64,000 nucleotides of DNA, from positions 2,147,003 to 2,211,002 of the forward strand of contig MU058065.1 in the NCBI GenBank assembly GCA_013265495.1, given 5' to 3'. The position numbers and the translations under genes were made by a program. Below are positions 41,011 to 52,771 of the stretch, in pieces. The DNA comes from Vicugna vicugna. Its lineage: Eukaryota. Within the stretch, counting starts at the first letter, position 1; every line of letters begins with the position of its first letter. The notes under the pieces are model-generated. The model searched no databases. It was not told where the DNA came from and was given only the letters and a program-made list of their open reading frames with translations.

Positions 41011-41047
41011 TCATCTGATCCAGTGAAACAATTTTAATTTTTCTTTT

Positions 41048-41171
41048 ATTTTTTTAACATTTTTTATTGATTTATAATCATTTTACAATGCTGTGTCAAA
41101 TTCCAATGTTCAGAACAATTTTTCAGTCATACATGGACATATACACACTCATTGTCACATTTTTTTCTCTG
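41048..41171 (-). mobile_element. Young L1 3' end (about 125 bp) with a 13-bp TSD
   Basis: TSD taatttttctttt at 41035-41047 and 41172-41184, followed by AA (TTTT|AA). Same variant as 52392-52771. Confidence 0.9.
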
Positions 41172-42079
41172 TAATTTTTCTTTTAAAGCCCGAATACATT
41201 TATTATTATTTTGTGCCTTTGTTATTCTCCAGATGTTATTTAGTGCTGAATGTTCTGTCACCATTTAGTGGCCAGAAGAGGGCTCAAAAATGTTGGAATT
41301 TCAGGAGGCGACTCCTGTTACTTTCTTTCCCTTAAACTGATTTGTATGTATTAGGAATTGCTTTTGTAAATTATTCCCTGGTATCTCGGGTCTCATTTAA
41401 GCTAAAGTTTTTCTCTCTTTTATACACGTCCCAGGATAACAGTATTTACTTTTGTTCAACACAGATTTTTTATGGTTCAGTAATATTTTTTCTAATTACA
41501 AATCTCTTGCGTCTCTTATGCTGTGAGTCAATGACACATTTGGAGTAATTTGATTAATATGACACTTTAAAAAAAAAATCAACATGTTCCACAGCTTCAA
41601 TTCAACAGAAAAAAATTTACATGCTTCAACTACTATGACAACTCTAACTTAAGTCATATTTGAAGTATTTTAGTACATTCATCTCCCTGGTCAATGCCTG
41701 GCTTTGTTACTTCCCTTACTTGGTTTTGCTTGTCACTTCCCCCTACCCCCTGTTACTTTTGGACCATTTATAAGAACAGTTTCTACATCAGATTTAGTAC
41801 CTTGAGATTCAAGATTACATTATTCAAAATGACTCATATGAGGAAAAGTAGCTTCAGAAATAATCAGCCGGTTGCCCTGGGCAAGTGACGTAAGCTTTGT
41901 GAAATCCAGAAAAACAAAGTTGATGATCTCTGAGGTTGGTTAAGACACATAAGCTCTGTAATCTTCTTGCCAGAAACGCACGTCCCCAGAGAAAGCATGG
42001 AGGTGACATAGTTTCCTTTGGATACAACTTTCCGTAAGATCCTAAGTAAATATCTAGTGTCCCCCCATAGGCTGGAGCA

Positions 42080-42211
42080 AGGGTTGCCAGAGAACACACA
42101 GGACTGAAGGAACCCATGGGACGAACTTACACTAAAAAAATTACTGTTTATCTTAAATTCAAATTTAACTGAGTTCTCTGTATTTTTATTTGCTACCTGG
42201 CCGGAACTCTA
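42080..42211. mobile_element. MER53 hAT MITE, most of one arm deleted
   Basis: agggttgccag start; tgtttatcttaaattcaaatttaactgagttctctgtatttttatttgcta. Confidence 0.75.
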
Positions 42212-42827
42212 ACCAGAACCAATTCTTTAGTCATCAGGGAGTCTAGCACATTGTATTAGAAGGAAGTTTTATCATTTCTTCCTCTATTAGCCAAACGTGA
42301 TGTATTCCACAACAGGCAAATTACAGTCACCTAAAGCTTTGCAATCTCTAATAGTCTTAAGAGCTCAGAACAAGTCTTTCCTATAGTTATTTAAAATTCT
42401 TGAATGGGTACTATTTCAATACAGGAGGCTTCTCTGAGCTACACCCACTCAGCAACCTGCCTCTTTCTTCGGTCATAGCAGCCGGCATTTTAGCTACGCT
42501 CTGTGGACTCCTTGGCCCGGCAGGTATGTTCCCTCGTCATTAAGTGTCTCCTGAAAATTAGCAAGGAGACTTAGGAGTGTTCTTCTCGAGATGGCCCGTT
42601 TGTCGTAGAGTATTCGTTTTGGACAGTGAGGTTCCTTTTTGCAGTCCAGTTGCTTTTCAGACCTAAGAAATTAGTCCATCTTTTAAAAAGGATTTAGGTA
42701 TTGAACCTCAACACTTTCATCTTACAAATCGAATCTCCATTTTTCCCTTTGTGCAGCAGGGAAGCCAACAACATAGAATATAACTGAAACACTATGTCAA
42801 GTTCTAATACCCCTTTGGCCTCTAGAC

Positions 42828-42974
42828 CATTGCTTTTTAAACTTCGATGTGCACACTGAGCACCTGACAATCTTGTTAAGATGCATATTGCTGTTTAGTT
42901 TGGGGTGGCAGCAGATGCTGTATTTATAACAAGGTTCAAGGAGATGCTGGTCTGTGACCCCTAAAATAGCAAGG
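42828..42974. mobile_element. MER5A-like hAT-Charlie element
   Basis: cattgctttttaaactt...cacctgacaatcttgttaagatgcatattgctg...tgtatttataacaaggttcaaggagatgctg. Confidence 0.65.
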
Positions 42975-43159
42975 CTAACTGTAGCATCCACTGTCCATCC
43001 TCACCTGTTCAGAGTGGACAAGACACCACTCCTTCCAGCAAGGTATGATGTTCTTGACATTTTATGTATTTTATCTCTTTGAATTTTTACAATAACCCTC
43101 TGGAGTGGTTATTATTATAATCCCCATTTTAAAGACGAAGAACTACCTCAAACTACCAC

Positions 43160-44520
43160 AGCCATCAACAAAATGAAAAGACCTCCTACAGACTGGGAGA
43201 AAACATTTGCAAACTACATAACTGATAAGGGGTTAATATCTAAAATATATAAAGAATTCATACAACTCAATATCAGAAAAACAAACAACCTAATTTTAAA
43301 ATGGGCAAAAGACCTAAATAGAGCAAAGAAGACATACAAATAGCCAACATGTGCATGAAAAGATGCTCAACATCATTAACCAACAGGGAAATACAAATCA
43401 AAACCATAACATCACCTCACACCTGTCCGAATGGCCATCATCAAAAAGAACACAAATAACAATGTTGGCTAGGATGTGGAGGAAAGGAAACCCTCTCACA
43501 CTGGTGGTGGGAATGGAAATTGGTACAGCCACTGTAGAAAACAGTATGGAGTTTCCTCAAGAAATTAAAAATCGAACTACCAGGGGTGGGAAGGGACAGA
43601 ATGAGAGTTCGAAATTTGTAGATACTGACAGGCATATGTAGAATAGATAAGCAAGATTATACTGTGTAGCACAGGGAGGTGTGTGCAAGATCTTGTGATA
43701 GCTCACAGCGAAAAAAATGTGACAATGAATATATGTATGTTCATGTATCACTGAAAAATTGTGCTCTACACTGGAAATTGACACAACATTGTAAAATGAC
43801 TATAACTCAATTTAAAAATGTTAAAAAAATAATAGAACTACCATATGATCCAAAAATCCCACTTCTGGGTATATTTCCAAAGGAAACAAAATCACTATTT
43901 TGAAAAGATTATCTACACTCCCACAGTCACTGCAGCATAATTCACAATAGCCAAGGTATGGAAATAACCTAAATATGGACAAAGAAAATGTTATTTATAT
44001 ATATACATATATATATACACACACACATATATATATTAAAAAGATGGAAACTCTGCCATTTGCAGCAACCAACATGGATGAACCTGGAGGGCGTTATGCT
44101 AAGTGAGATAAACTAGACAGAGAAAGACAAATACTGCACGGTCTTCTTGTATGAGGAATCTAAAACAAAAAGTCAAACCCATAGAAACAGAGTAGAATGG
44201 TGGTTTCCAGGAACCAGGGGATGGGAAAAGAGTGTAGGCTGGTAGAGAGTACAAACTTTCAGTTATAAGATGAATAAGGTCTAAGGATCCAACGTACCAC
44301 ATGGTGACTGTAGTTGATAATAATGCACTGTGTAATTGAAAATTGCTAAGAGAGTAGACATTAACCGTTCTCACACAAACACAAAAAAGGTAAAATATCT
44401 GAGATAATGAATATGTTAATTAACTTGATAGTGGGTATCCTTTCATAATGTCAAATCACCATGACATACACTTCAAACATCTTACAATTTTACTTGTCCT
44501 TTATACCTTAATAAATCTGG
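43160..44520 (+). mobile_element. L1MA9-like LINE (ORF2 3' end and 3' UTR), decayed
   Basis: L1 ORF2-like peptides ([39 protein letters not shown]); the 3' UTR ends taccttaataaatctgg. Confidence 0.9.
43583..43827 (+). mobile_element. Young L1 3' end nested in the older L1, 16-bp TSD
   Basis: TSD aaaaatcgaactacca 43567-43582 and aataatagaactacca 43828-43843 (14/16 identical), preceded by TT. Confidence 0.9.
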
Positions 44521-45938
44521 GGGAAAGAAACTGGAGACAAGTTGATTGTTAAAGGTCAGATAGCTAGAAAATGGTGGATGAAGATTTGAATGCAGGAAGT
44601 CAAGGTTTGGTGTCTGGATTTTCAAACAGCACGTTCAGCTGTGTGTATGTCTCCCTGGGACGACTGTAGATCTACGTAATTCTTGGGAAAGATTATGACA
44701 AGCGGAGCTGGGGCTGGAGAACCACTGGCCATGTGAGCAAAGGCACTGGTGATTTCCTTCCAGGGCTGAGGGTGTGGGGATGACCTGGGGCCTTAGCTTT
44801 TCACAATTGTATTAAATCTCTCCATGCTTATCACTGAATCTTAGGAAAACCAAGTTTATGGGAAATCCACCATTTGTCAAGGTACCTTTTACTGCAACTA
44901 TTCTTTTCATTTCTCTCTGTTTCTTTTATATCTGCTTTGTGCTCCCATCCAAGGAAAGTTAAAACAATGTTTTTTTCCTGTGGTATTTGAACTTTCAGTT
45001 GGCTGTTGGCATCACCCTTGATCTAGTGACAAGAGTCCTGTTCCTAATCATAGTTATATAGTTGATGAAAAATTTGAATTCATTTTAGTACCATCAAGAT
45101 AACCTGAGAACAAAGGAAAGACTATGGTAAAGGGTGGGAAATTAGGCTTTTTATTCACACAATAGTAATCTGTGGATTCTTCCAAGATATCTCAATTCAA
45201 ATAGCCTCTTGTGTTTAATACCAGAAGGTGGGGAGTAAACTGAGGGAGATGATTGTATGTTAGGAACATTCCTCAGTGAGAATCTCACCTGAGGTTCAAC
45301 TTGCCCACTAGCGTGGGAGTGGCCAACCATCTCGGGTAGATCTGGACCAAGCTTCTACCGAGAATCAGGGCAGAAGGACCTTGTCTTCTGAAGTAATGAC
45401 TCTGATCCAGAGAATGAAGATAAATGTGATCTTTCACAGCACCCAGGCCATTTACTGGCAAAACAGTACTTATGAGCAAAGAACTGAGTGCCCCAGGCCC
45501 TGCCTTTCCAGACATCTTCCTCAGTGGCCTGACACGGGCTACTCTTCACTGACCCAGAGCTGCCTGGACACCCTGAGTCAGGGTCTCTCCTTTGGACCAG
45601 GAGGCGAATGCTGCACCTTTCACGGATTATGAGACAGACTGGCATAAGCTGCCTGGTTGGGATGGAGGATTTCCCCTCCATCCTTCCTTCTGGATTAAGT
45701 AAAGAAATATTTTCTATCATTGGAGCACAGGCCCATGAGAGGCAGGACCTTGGCTGTCATATTCACCTTGCGTTCCCAGATCTTATCACTGTGCCCATCA
45801 AAAAGAACAGATCCTCAAGGGACATTGTAGAATCAGTGAAAGTGGAACAAATGAATGAGTGAGATAATGCATTAGGCAACTAGTGTACACAGTATATATC
45901 TACCTAGGAAGCTAGTAATTGTTAAGGCAACATTCTGT

Positions 45939-46676
45939 CTTTTTTTTTTAAGATTCCACCTATGAGTCATATCATATGGTATTTTTCTTTCTCTTTCTGG
46001 CTTACTTCACTTAGAATGACAATCTCCAGGTTCATCCATATTGCTGCAAATGGCATCTTTTTATTTTACTTTTTATCACTGAGTAGTATTCCATCATTTA
46101 TCACATCTTCTTTATCCAGTCATCTGTCGATGGACATTTAGGCTGCTTCTGTGTCTTGGCTATTGTATATAGTGCTGCTATGAGCATCGGGGTGCATGTA
46201 TCTTTTTGAATAGGAGTTCCCTCCAGATATATGCTCAGGAGTGGGATTGCTGGATCATATGGTAAGTCTATTTTTAGTTTTTTGTTTTTGTTTTTTTTAA
46301 ATGCTACTTTTCTGTGTTTATTAAGGGGATCATATTTATTTTATTTCCTGTTTGGTATTACAGTAATTTATTTTTTCCCCTGGCTAATTGTTTATTTATT
46401 TATTTACATTTTTTAATTGAGTAATAGTCATTTTACAATGTTGTATCAAATTCCAGTGTAGAGCACAATTTTTCAGTTATACATGAGCATTCATTCATTG
46501 TCACATTTTTTTCTCACTGTGAGCTACCACAAGATCTTGTATATATTTCCCTGTGCTATACAGTATAATCTTGTTTATCTATTCTACATATGCCTGTCAG
46601 TATCTACAAATTTTGAACTCCCAGTCTGTCCCTTCCCACCCCCTCCCCCTTGGCAACCACAAGTTTGTATTCTATG
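45939..46676 (-). mobile_element. Composite L1 retro-insertion: young L1 3' UTR, 92-bp unique segment, A-tail, second L1 fragment, A-tail; 18-bp TSD
   Basis: TSD gttaaggcaacattctgt 45921-45938 and gttaagacaacattctgt 46677-46694 (17/18 identical). Confidence 0.85.
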
Positions 46677-47448
46677 GTTAAGACAACATTCTGTAAAGGG
46701 CACCTAATTTTGTCCCCTCTAGATGCCAGGATCTAATTCTGTCAGGTTCATTCACACCAGATATTCTCCCGTGAGCACAGCTGAGGGGCTCTTAATTTAA
46801 GATTTATGACAAAGGTAAAAGCCATTGATAAGGACCGAGGATGACCAATCCCACGCCCCTAATGAGAACAAGTTCCAGTGTCTTAAACACAGTCACACAA
46901 GAGAAACAATGAAGGAGACACAGTGGGTTTTGTATTGGTTTTTAGTGCCTCTTCACTAAAAAGCTGATGCCCAGTTTAACCAGTGTGCCCAAGGCTTCTG
47001 TATGGGGCCCATCTATTTCCTTTCCTGAGGGTTCCAGGTTGCTTTTATCTTCCAAGATCCCCTTATTGCTCAAGAGTCCACAGTATGATCGCAGAGTCTT
47101 CGATCTATTGTTAATCTGCTCTCTTTGCCCTGAAATCCTGCCTACACTTTCTGTGCCACCCCAAGCCTTGTCCGAGGGATGCCTAATGGGGCACTGCGAC
47201 ATGGGAAAGGTTTGTAAGCCCCCTTGCAGGGAAGCAAGGGGAGTCACTTCCTGCCCAGAGTCCATCAGAGATTGCACTCCCTGTTTGTCATCCCCTGAGC
47301 GTCACCACTGAACATCTGATGAGAGTCGTGGAGACATTGCTATTCAAACCCAGAACCCTTGCTTAGACGTTCACATATTACTTCATTTAATTCCTATGAC
47401 TACCCCGGAGCCAACCACCATTTCTTCACCTTTCAGAATTTGCTAAAG

Positions 47449-47676
47449 GCAGATTTTCAAAAGTGCACCCCATAAAACATTAGCCATCCAGATGCTTCAT
47501 TTTGAAAAAAAGGATTCCATGGTCAAACAAACTTGAAAAGTAATGCATAAATCCCCTTCCTGAATATTCCCAGTGCACATGAATCTTACAGTAAAGAAAC
47601 TTATTTAACTTCCTTTCACCCAGAGTTTCCCACGTGTTGATCCCTCTGTTCCTACACTGCAGCTTTGGAAATTCTG
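47449..47676. mobile_element. Non-autonomous hAT-Charlie-type element (subfamily not determined)
   Basis: gaaaaaaaggattccatggtcaaacaaacttgaaaa...cagtaaagaaacttatttaactt...cccagagtttccca; ends cagattttcaaa / tttggaaattctg are imperfect inverted repeats. Confidence 0.55.
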
Positions 47677-49289
47677 GCCTAAACCTCTGAACAAGTAAGA
47701 TGGAGCAGGAAAAGAGGGGAAAGATGTGAATCTGTGGCCTTTTGACTCCTCCCAGCATACCACACGGTATACCTTCTTTCACTAGTTCATTAATATGTAT
47801 GTTTTGCATAATCTACATAAGTTTGCCACAATATGCAGAAATATACCACACAGTATACCACAGCTGCCTTCTTTCATTTTACTAGTTCATTGATATTCAT
47901 AAATTTATCTGAATATTTAAGTGGAATATTGAAGGGAGAAAATGTGAACCTTAGGGGAAAATACACAAAACCATTTGGGGAAGAAAGGAGACTAGAGACA
48001 AACACACAGGACCAAGCCGAGTGCCTTGGTAGTGACTTAAAATAAACAGGAGAAGGTTGAGGACACAGCCCAGCGGGTTCCAGGCTTTGGCATCACCATT
48101 AACAATATCCTTCACACTGACATGGCACTCTGTGTTTGCAAAGCACCTGTAAATGTACCATAAAATTTGATTTCCACAGCCAACACGGCGGGTGGGTGTG
48201 GGGATTCTGCTTTTATGAATAAGTGAAACACCCAGAAAAGAACTCACCCAACGTCCAAACAGCGTGTCCTCTAGTTGGAGTTGAACCCAAATATTTTAAA
48301 TCCAGGATCTTTCCAGGCCAAGGCTGTGTGATTGACAAGGGCTGAGGCTGAAGTGGACAGGGAATAAAACCTGGGGACAAATGAAGATGTGAGAAAAAGT
48401 TGAATTTCCTCACAATTTCCCCTGTAACTGGAAACCCAGGGCCAGTCCATTTCGGGAGCCCCGCCCACAGAGCTGGCATCCTAGTCTGACCAGGAAGCAC
48501 ATCTCTCAGCTCTGTCCCAGAGAGGTGTTGCCTCGGCCGGTGAGACATTCGGGAATGTTAAGAATTAAACGGGATTGGAGAAAAGATGTTCATAGGTTGG
48601 TGTTCCATCCCACAAAGTGGGCACGAGAGCGTAGGACAGATTGGAGGGGCTGGTGAGTTAAGAGACAGTTAGGTCTCCTGGGTTCAGAAGTGGGAAATCC
48701 CGAGCTAAGAGGAAAGAAGCAGCCTGGCAAGTGGTAAAATTAAAAGTCGGCGTGTAAAAGGGGAAGAAATCTTCACCAGAATGAAAGCCAAGTGTTCAAC
48801 GTCCCAGAGGGAGAAACTTCAAGGGAGTCCTAATTAAATCATGATGATTGAGTCATAAATTATTTCCAGTGAAACACAATGTACTTCCTTCTCTCGTGCA
48901 TCGCTTTCTTAGAATTTCTTTGCTGTGCATTTTCCTAAAACACCAAGCATTGTGACGAAATTAAAAAGTGGCTGGTCCCACGGACCATCGCATGAAATGA
49001 AGCATAGTCACTGAACTTTCCCGTGAAGGACAAAAGAGTAATGATGCCCACCTTTCTGGGCTCCTGTCTCCCATGTGCTGTTCAAATGCCCCAAGTTCTT
49101 TTCTCCCAGAAATGAAAGATGAGTTTCTAAATCTCTGGCTTGTGAAGTCAAAATAAAATTTTCCCTTCATTAATCTCAACCAGATTTCTTTCCTCACCTC
49201 TGCAGGGAGCTAAGGCAACAGCTCCCCCATCTCTTCTGGGGCCCCTACTTCTCCTGGCAGCCTGCTTTTCAGGTCTAGCAATTTCCCGA

Positions 49290-50070
49290 GTGTCCCCCAG
49301 CAGCCTGTGATGCAGGTTAGGATCCACACACCCATCCGAGCGTGGACTGTGTCTGAGAATGCCTCCACTCTACCTAAAGCATGTCGATGGCTCCCCATCA
49401 CCTGCTGGATAAGGTCAGAACTTTCTAGCTCAACATGCGAGACCATCATGTGACCTCAATCTACATGTCTAGTCTCGACTGCCAAGTTTCCACTTTCCAA
49501 CTGACACCAGTACCTCAGACTTCCTAAGATTTTTGCCTTGATACCAATGGGTCAGCCATGGTCTCCCCCACTTCCAAAGGCAGGCCTACGACGTCACCCC
49601 AGCCTGGAAGGCCATCACCACAAGTTCCCGCCCCTCACAATCTAGGACTCAGTTCAAGTGTCATTTCCAGAAGCTTTTCTTTATCCTCTCCACCCCACAA
49701 CCCAATCTGCATTGTAGGACCACCAGGGTTCATGCTGCCGTCCCACTAAATACTGTCATCAGCTTCTGACTTGTCTACATTTATGACACAATTTTTTTTT
49801 TACTGTTTGCTAGATATTGAATCCATGGAACAAAATGACCATCCAGCTTATGGTCTAGTGGAGAAAATTGACAATCAAACGATCACATGTTAAAAAAAAT
49901 CGACTGTGCCAAGTGCTATTAAGGACAAAAAAGGAGTCTGTGAGTGCATGAAATTGTAGGCTGGGGAAGGGTTCTTTGAGGAGGTGGGGACTGGGCTGGA
50001 ATCGAAGGTGTGAGCAAGGGTGAACTAAGTGAAGAGAGGAGAGAGCATTTCAAATAGGACAGCTGGTCCT
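49290..50070. mobile_element. Two L2 fragments (about 49290-49760 plus strand; about 49800-50070 minus strand)
   Basis: gatggctccccatcacctgctggataaggtcagaactttctagc; ggggaagggttctttgaggaggtgg. Confidence 0.55.
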
Positions 50071-51439
50071 ACCCTTACAGACCTCTAAACCTTAACACAC
50101 AGAGGTGCGAAGCGAGTTTGCTGGGAGGCTGAAGGCATGGGTGACTGAGGGAGTTAATAAACGAATGATGTCCGAGACACTGGCGTTCTGAGAATTGCCT
50201 CGTGTCTCTGTGTTATCAGCCAAAGAACTTAATCCCAAAGTCACCGAATCTGCCTGAGTCTCATGTCACACTCCCTCTCCCCACTGCTCGAGGGTAAGGA
50301 AAGCTGATTCAGTGGTCAATCCCAAAGGACCACCTGGTACCAAAGGACGGTCAGTAGGAAGTGAGAAAGAAAACAGCCTCTCACAAGTGGAGACAGAAAG
50401 TCTGGGGCCAGATTATCTGCAACATAAGGGCAATGTTGGGAAAGAGGAGAGGAAGTGGAGATGAAAGGAGAAAGTCGGACTCATGCAAAGATAGTTCTGG
50501 CCACAGAAAAGGCAGCAGCTGAATTCTGAAGGCTGGTCAGGAGCCAGGCATAATTATTAAAAGCACAATCCTATTCTAGAGATGGTGAGAGGAAATCTGA
50601 ACCCTTGGGCTCTGCATCAGTAAAAGTGTGTTTGTTTTCTCTGTCCAAAGCGTGTGTTTGCTCTGCAGCCTTAGGTCTACTTGTCGCTGTGAGGGCCCCC
50701 CAGGGCTGAGGGAGGAGTTTCCATGGAGAATAGGTCTCAGCGCTGGAAGTCAAGCTGGAACCAGTTCTACATGAAGAGTCTCCTCAGAGGGAAACTCAGG
50801 GAATATTTGTTTGTATTTTTGATCATCAAAATGGTGTTATTGTTACCCTGATCTCATTAAGTCATTTTCTCTGTCATTTTTTTCTAAATCCCTGTGCCAG
50901 GAGCTTAGTCATTAATTTTCTTTTTCTCTTAAATCTCGAAAGTGATGCCAGGAACAGATAATGCCACCGTTCTTCTCAGGACGGAGTGTTGCTTTGCAAT
51001 CCGGTAAAGCATGAAAGAGCTGGTCTCTGTCAGTTTTTCATCGAAGCCACTGTCACTAGTGTCACATAGGTGGCTGCCCACACTGCAGGGAGCAATTTGC
51101 CGAAATATCTGCTCTTTTATGCTGCTCAGGACTCAAGTACTCATCTGCAAATCCACATTTGGTTTTCAAAAGGGACCCCTCTCCACCCTCCACTCACACC
51201 TTCCAGAAACGTACATACCACTCATCTGCATATGCTATAAAGTCTCTCTGACTAGAATCCAGCCACCTGAAACCTCAAGTTTATAAAGGAGGCTTAAAAA
51301 ACAAAGAAAAAGGAAATAAGGGAGAATCAGGAAGTAAAAATCACCTGGGCAGCCAGGAGCCATGGTGTACGTTTCATGCATGGAAGTTTGTACACATTAC
51401 TTGAAGGAACCCATTTCCAGATCTTCACAGAAGCGAAGT

Positions 51440-51640
51440 GATGGTGAGAAGAGAGTGTTAACTCTGAAGCCAGGCAGACCTCGGTCAAGTCCCATCCCTT
51501 TCATTGATCACCCATGTGAACTGGAACCCACTTTGGTAGGAGGCCGCCCTCTAGTCTTCATTTTCTCCATCCATAAATGGACAATATGAAATGGAGCTTG
51601 AAAGATTGTGATGATGAGAAATTAGAAAATAAGATCTCAG
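51440..51640 (+). mobile_element. MIR SINE
   Basis: actctgaagccaggcagacctcggtcaagtccc...cttcattttctccatccataaatgg. Confidence 0.6.
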
Positions 51641-52049
51641 AGTTAATGCTTACCTTCTTTCGAACACAAATATAACAGGCTTCCTTCTCTGGATTTTCCC
51701 AAGTCTGCCACTGAGTAGCCAAGAATTCCAAACAGGAAGATGCTCCCCTCGATGCTGGTGAGAAAAGGCCTCGGGTCATTTGATACCAAAGACAAAGCTG
51801 ACACCAGAACTCAAATAGGACAACTGTCTGTATTCTCTCAGAGCCTGGAGTAAGAGGAAATCGTCCTCCTCTCAGGAGATCCCAAGAGCAATAGAAAAAC
51901 TCAGCAAAATTAGGGTGGTTCCATATGACGACAGCACCAGGACCCTCTCCCCCCCAAAAAAAGTTTACATTCTATCCAAAATCTTGCATTTAAGAAGGCA
52001 GGAAGTAAGAAAGATTTGAAAACATTTTCATCTGTGACTCTTCAAGTTT

Positions 52050-52388
52050 CATTCATTTAACCTCTTCCCAATCTTTATTTGAGCTCTTGTTACATTTCAG
52101 GCACTGCTGGCTACTTGGAACACATCACTAAACCAAACGGACAGAAATCTCTGTCCTGGGGCAGCAAAGATTTTTGCAGGGAGAAGCAAGCAGTAACTGA
52201 AGAACACAGCGGGGATGTAAACATATATTGTGTTCAAAGGTGCTAAGAGCAACAAAAGAAATGCAGGGCAGGGGTGATGGAAGTCAGAAGAGGTAGGGAG
52301 GGAAAGGACCAGGTTATGACTTGAAATAATTCTTTGCATTATTCTTTTACTTTAAATCTCTTGATTTCAAATAAGTCAGGGAGGCCTC
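52050..52388 (-). mobile_element. L2 3' fragment
   Basis: ttcattcatttaac...tttatttgagctc...caggcactgctgg...acagaaatctctgtcctg...gtcagggaggcctca. Confidence 0.65.
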
Positions 52389-52391
52389 AAA

Positions 52392-52771
52392 AGAAAGAGA
52401 AAGAAAAATACCATATGAGATCGCTCATATGTGGAATCTAAAAAACAAAAACAAAAACAAACAAACAAACAAAAACAAAGCATAAATACAGGATAGAAAT
52501 AGACTCATGGACAGAGAATACAGACTTGTGGTTACCAGGGGGGTGGAGGGTGGGAAGGGATAGACTGGGATTTCAAAATTGTAGAATAGATAAACAAGAT
52601 TACACTGTATAGCACAGGGAAATATACACAAAATGTTATGATAAATCACAGAGAAAAAAATGTGACAATGAGTGTGTATATGTCCATGAATGACTGAAAA
52701 ATTGTGCTGAACACTGGAATTTGACACAACATTGTAAAATGATTATAAATCAATAAAAAATATTAAAAAAA
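52392..52771 (+). mobile_element. Young L1 3' end (ORF2 tail and 3' UTR); no clear TSD
   Basis: agaaagagaaagaaaaataccatatg...gtggaatct...G-rich tract...caataaaaaatattaaaaaaa. Confidence 0.9.

Larger units (their letters stand above)
43060..44620 (-). mobile_element. MIR split into about 43060-43145 and about 44525-44620 by an L1
   Basis: Left half ends ataatccccattttaaagacgaagaact; right half continues gaaactggagac...aaggtcagatagctag...gatttgaatgcagg. Confidence 0.6.

Noticed and set aside
42080..42211. MER53-derived miRNA-like hairpin
   Set aside because: Most of one palindromic arm is deleted, so the long stem cannot form.
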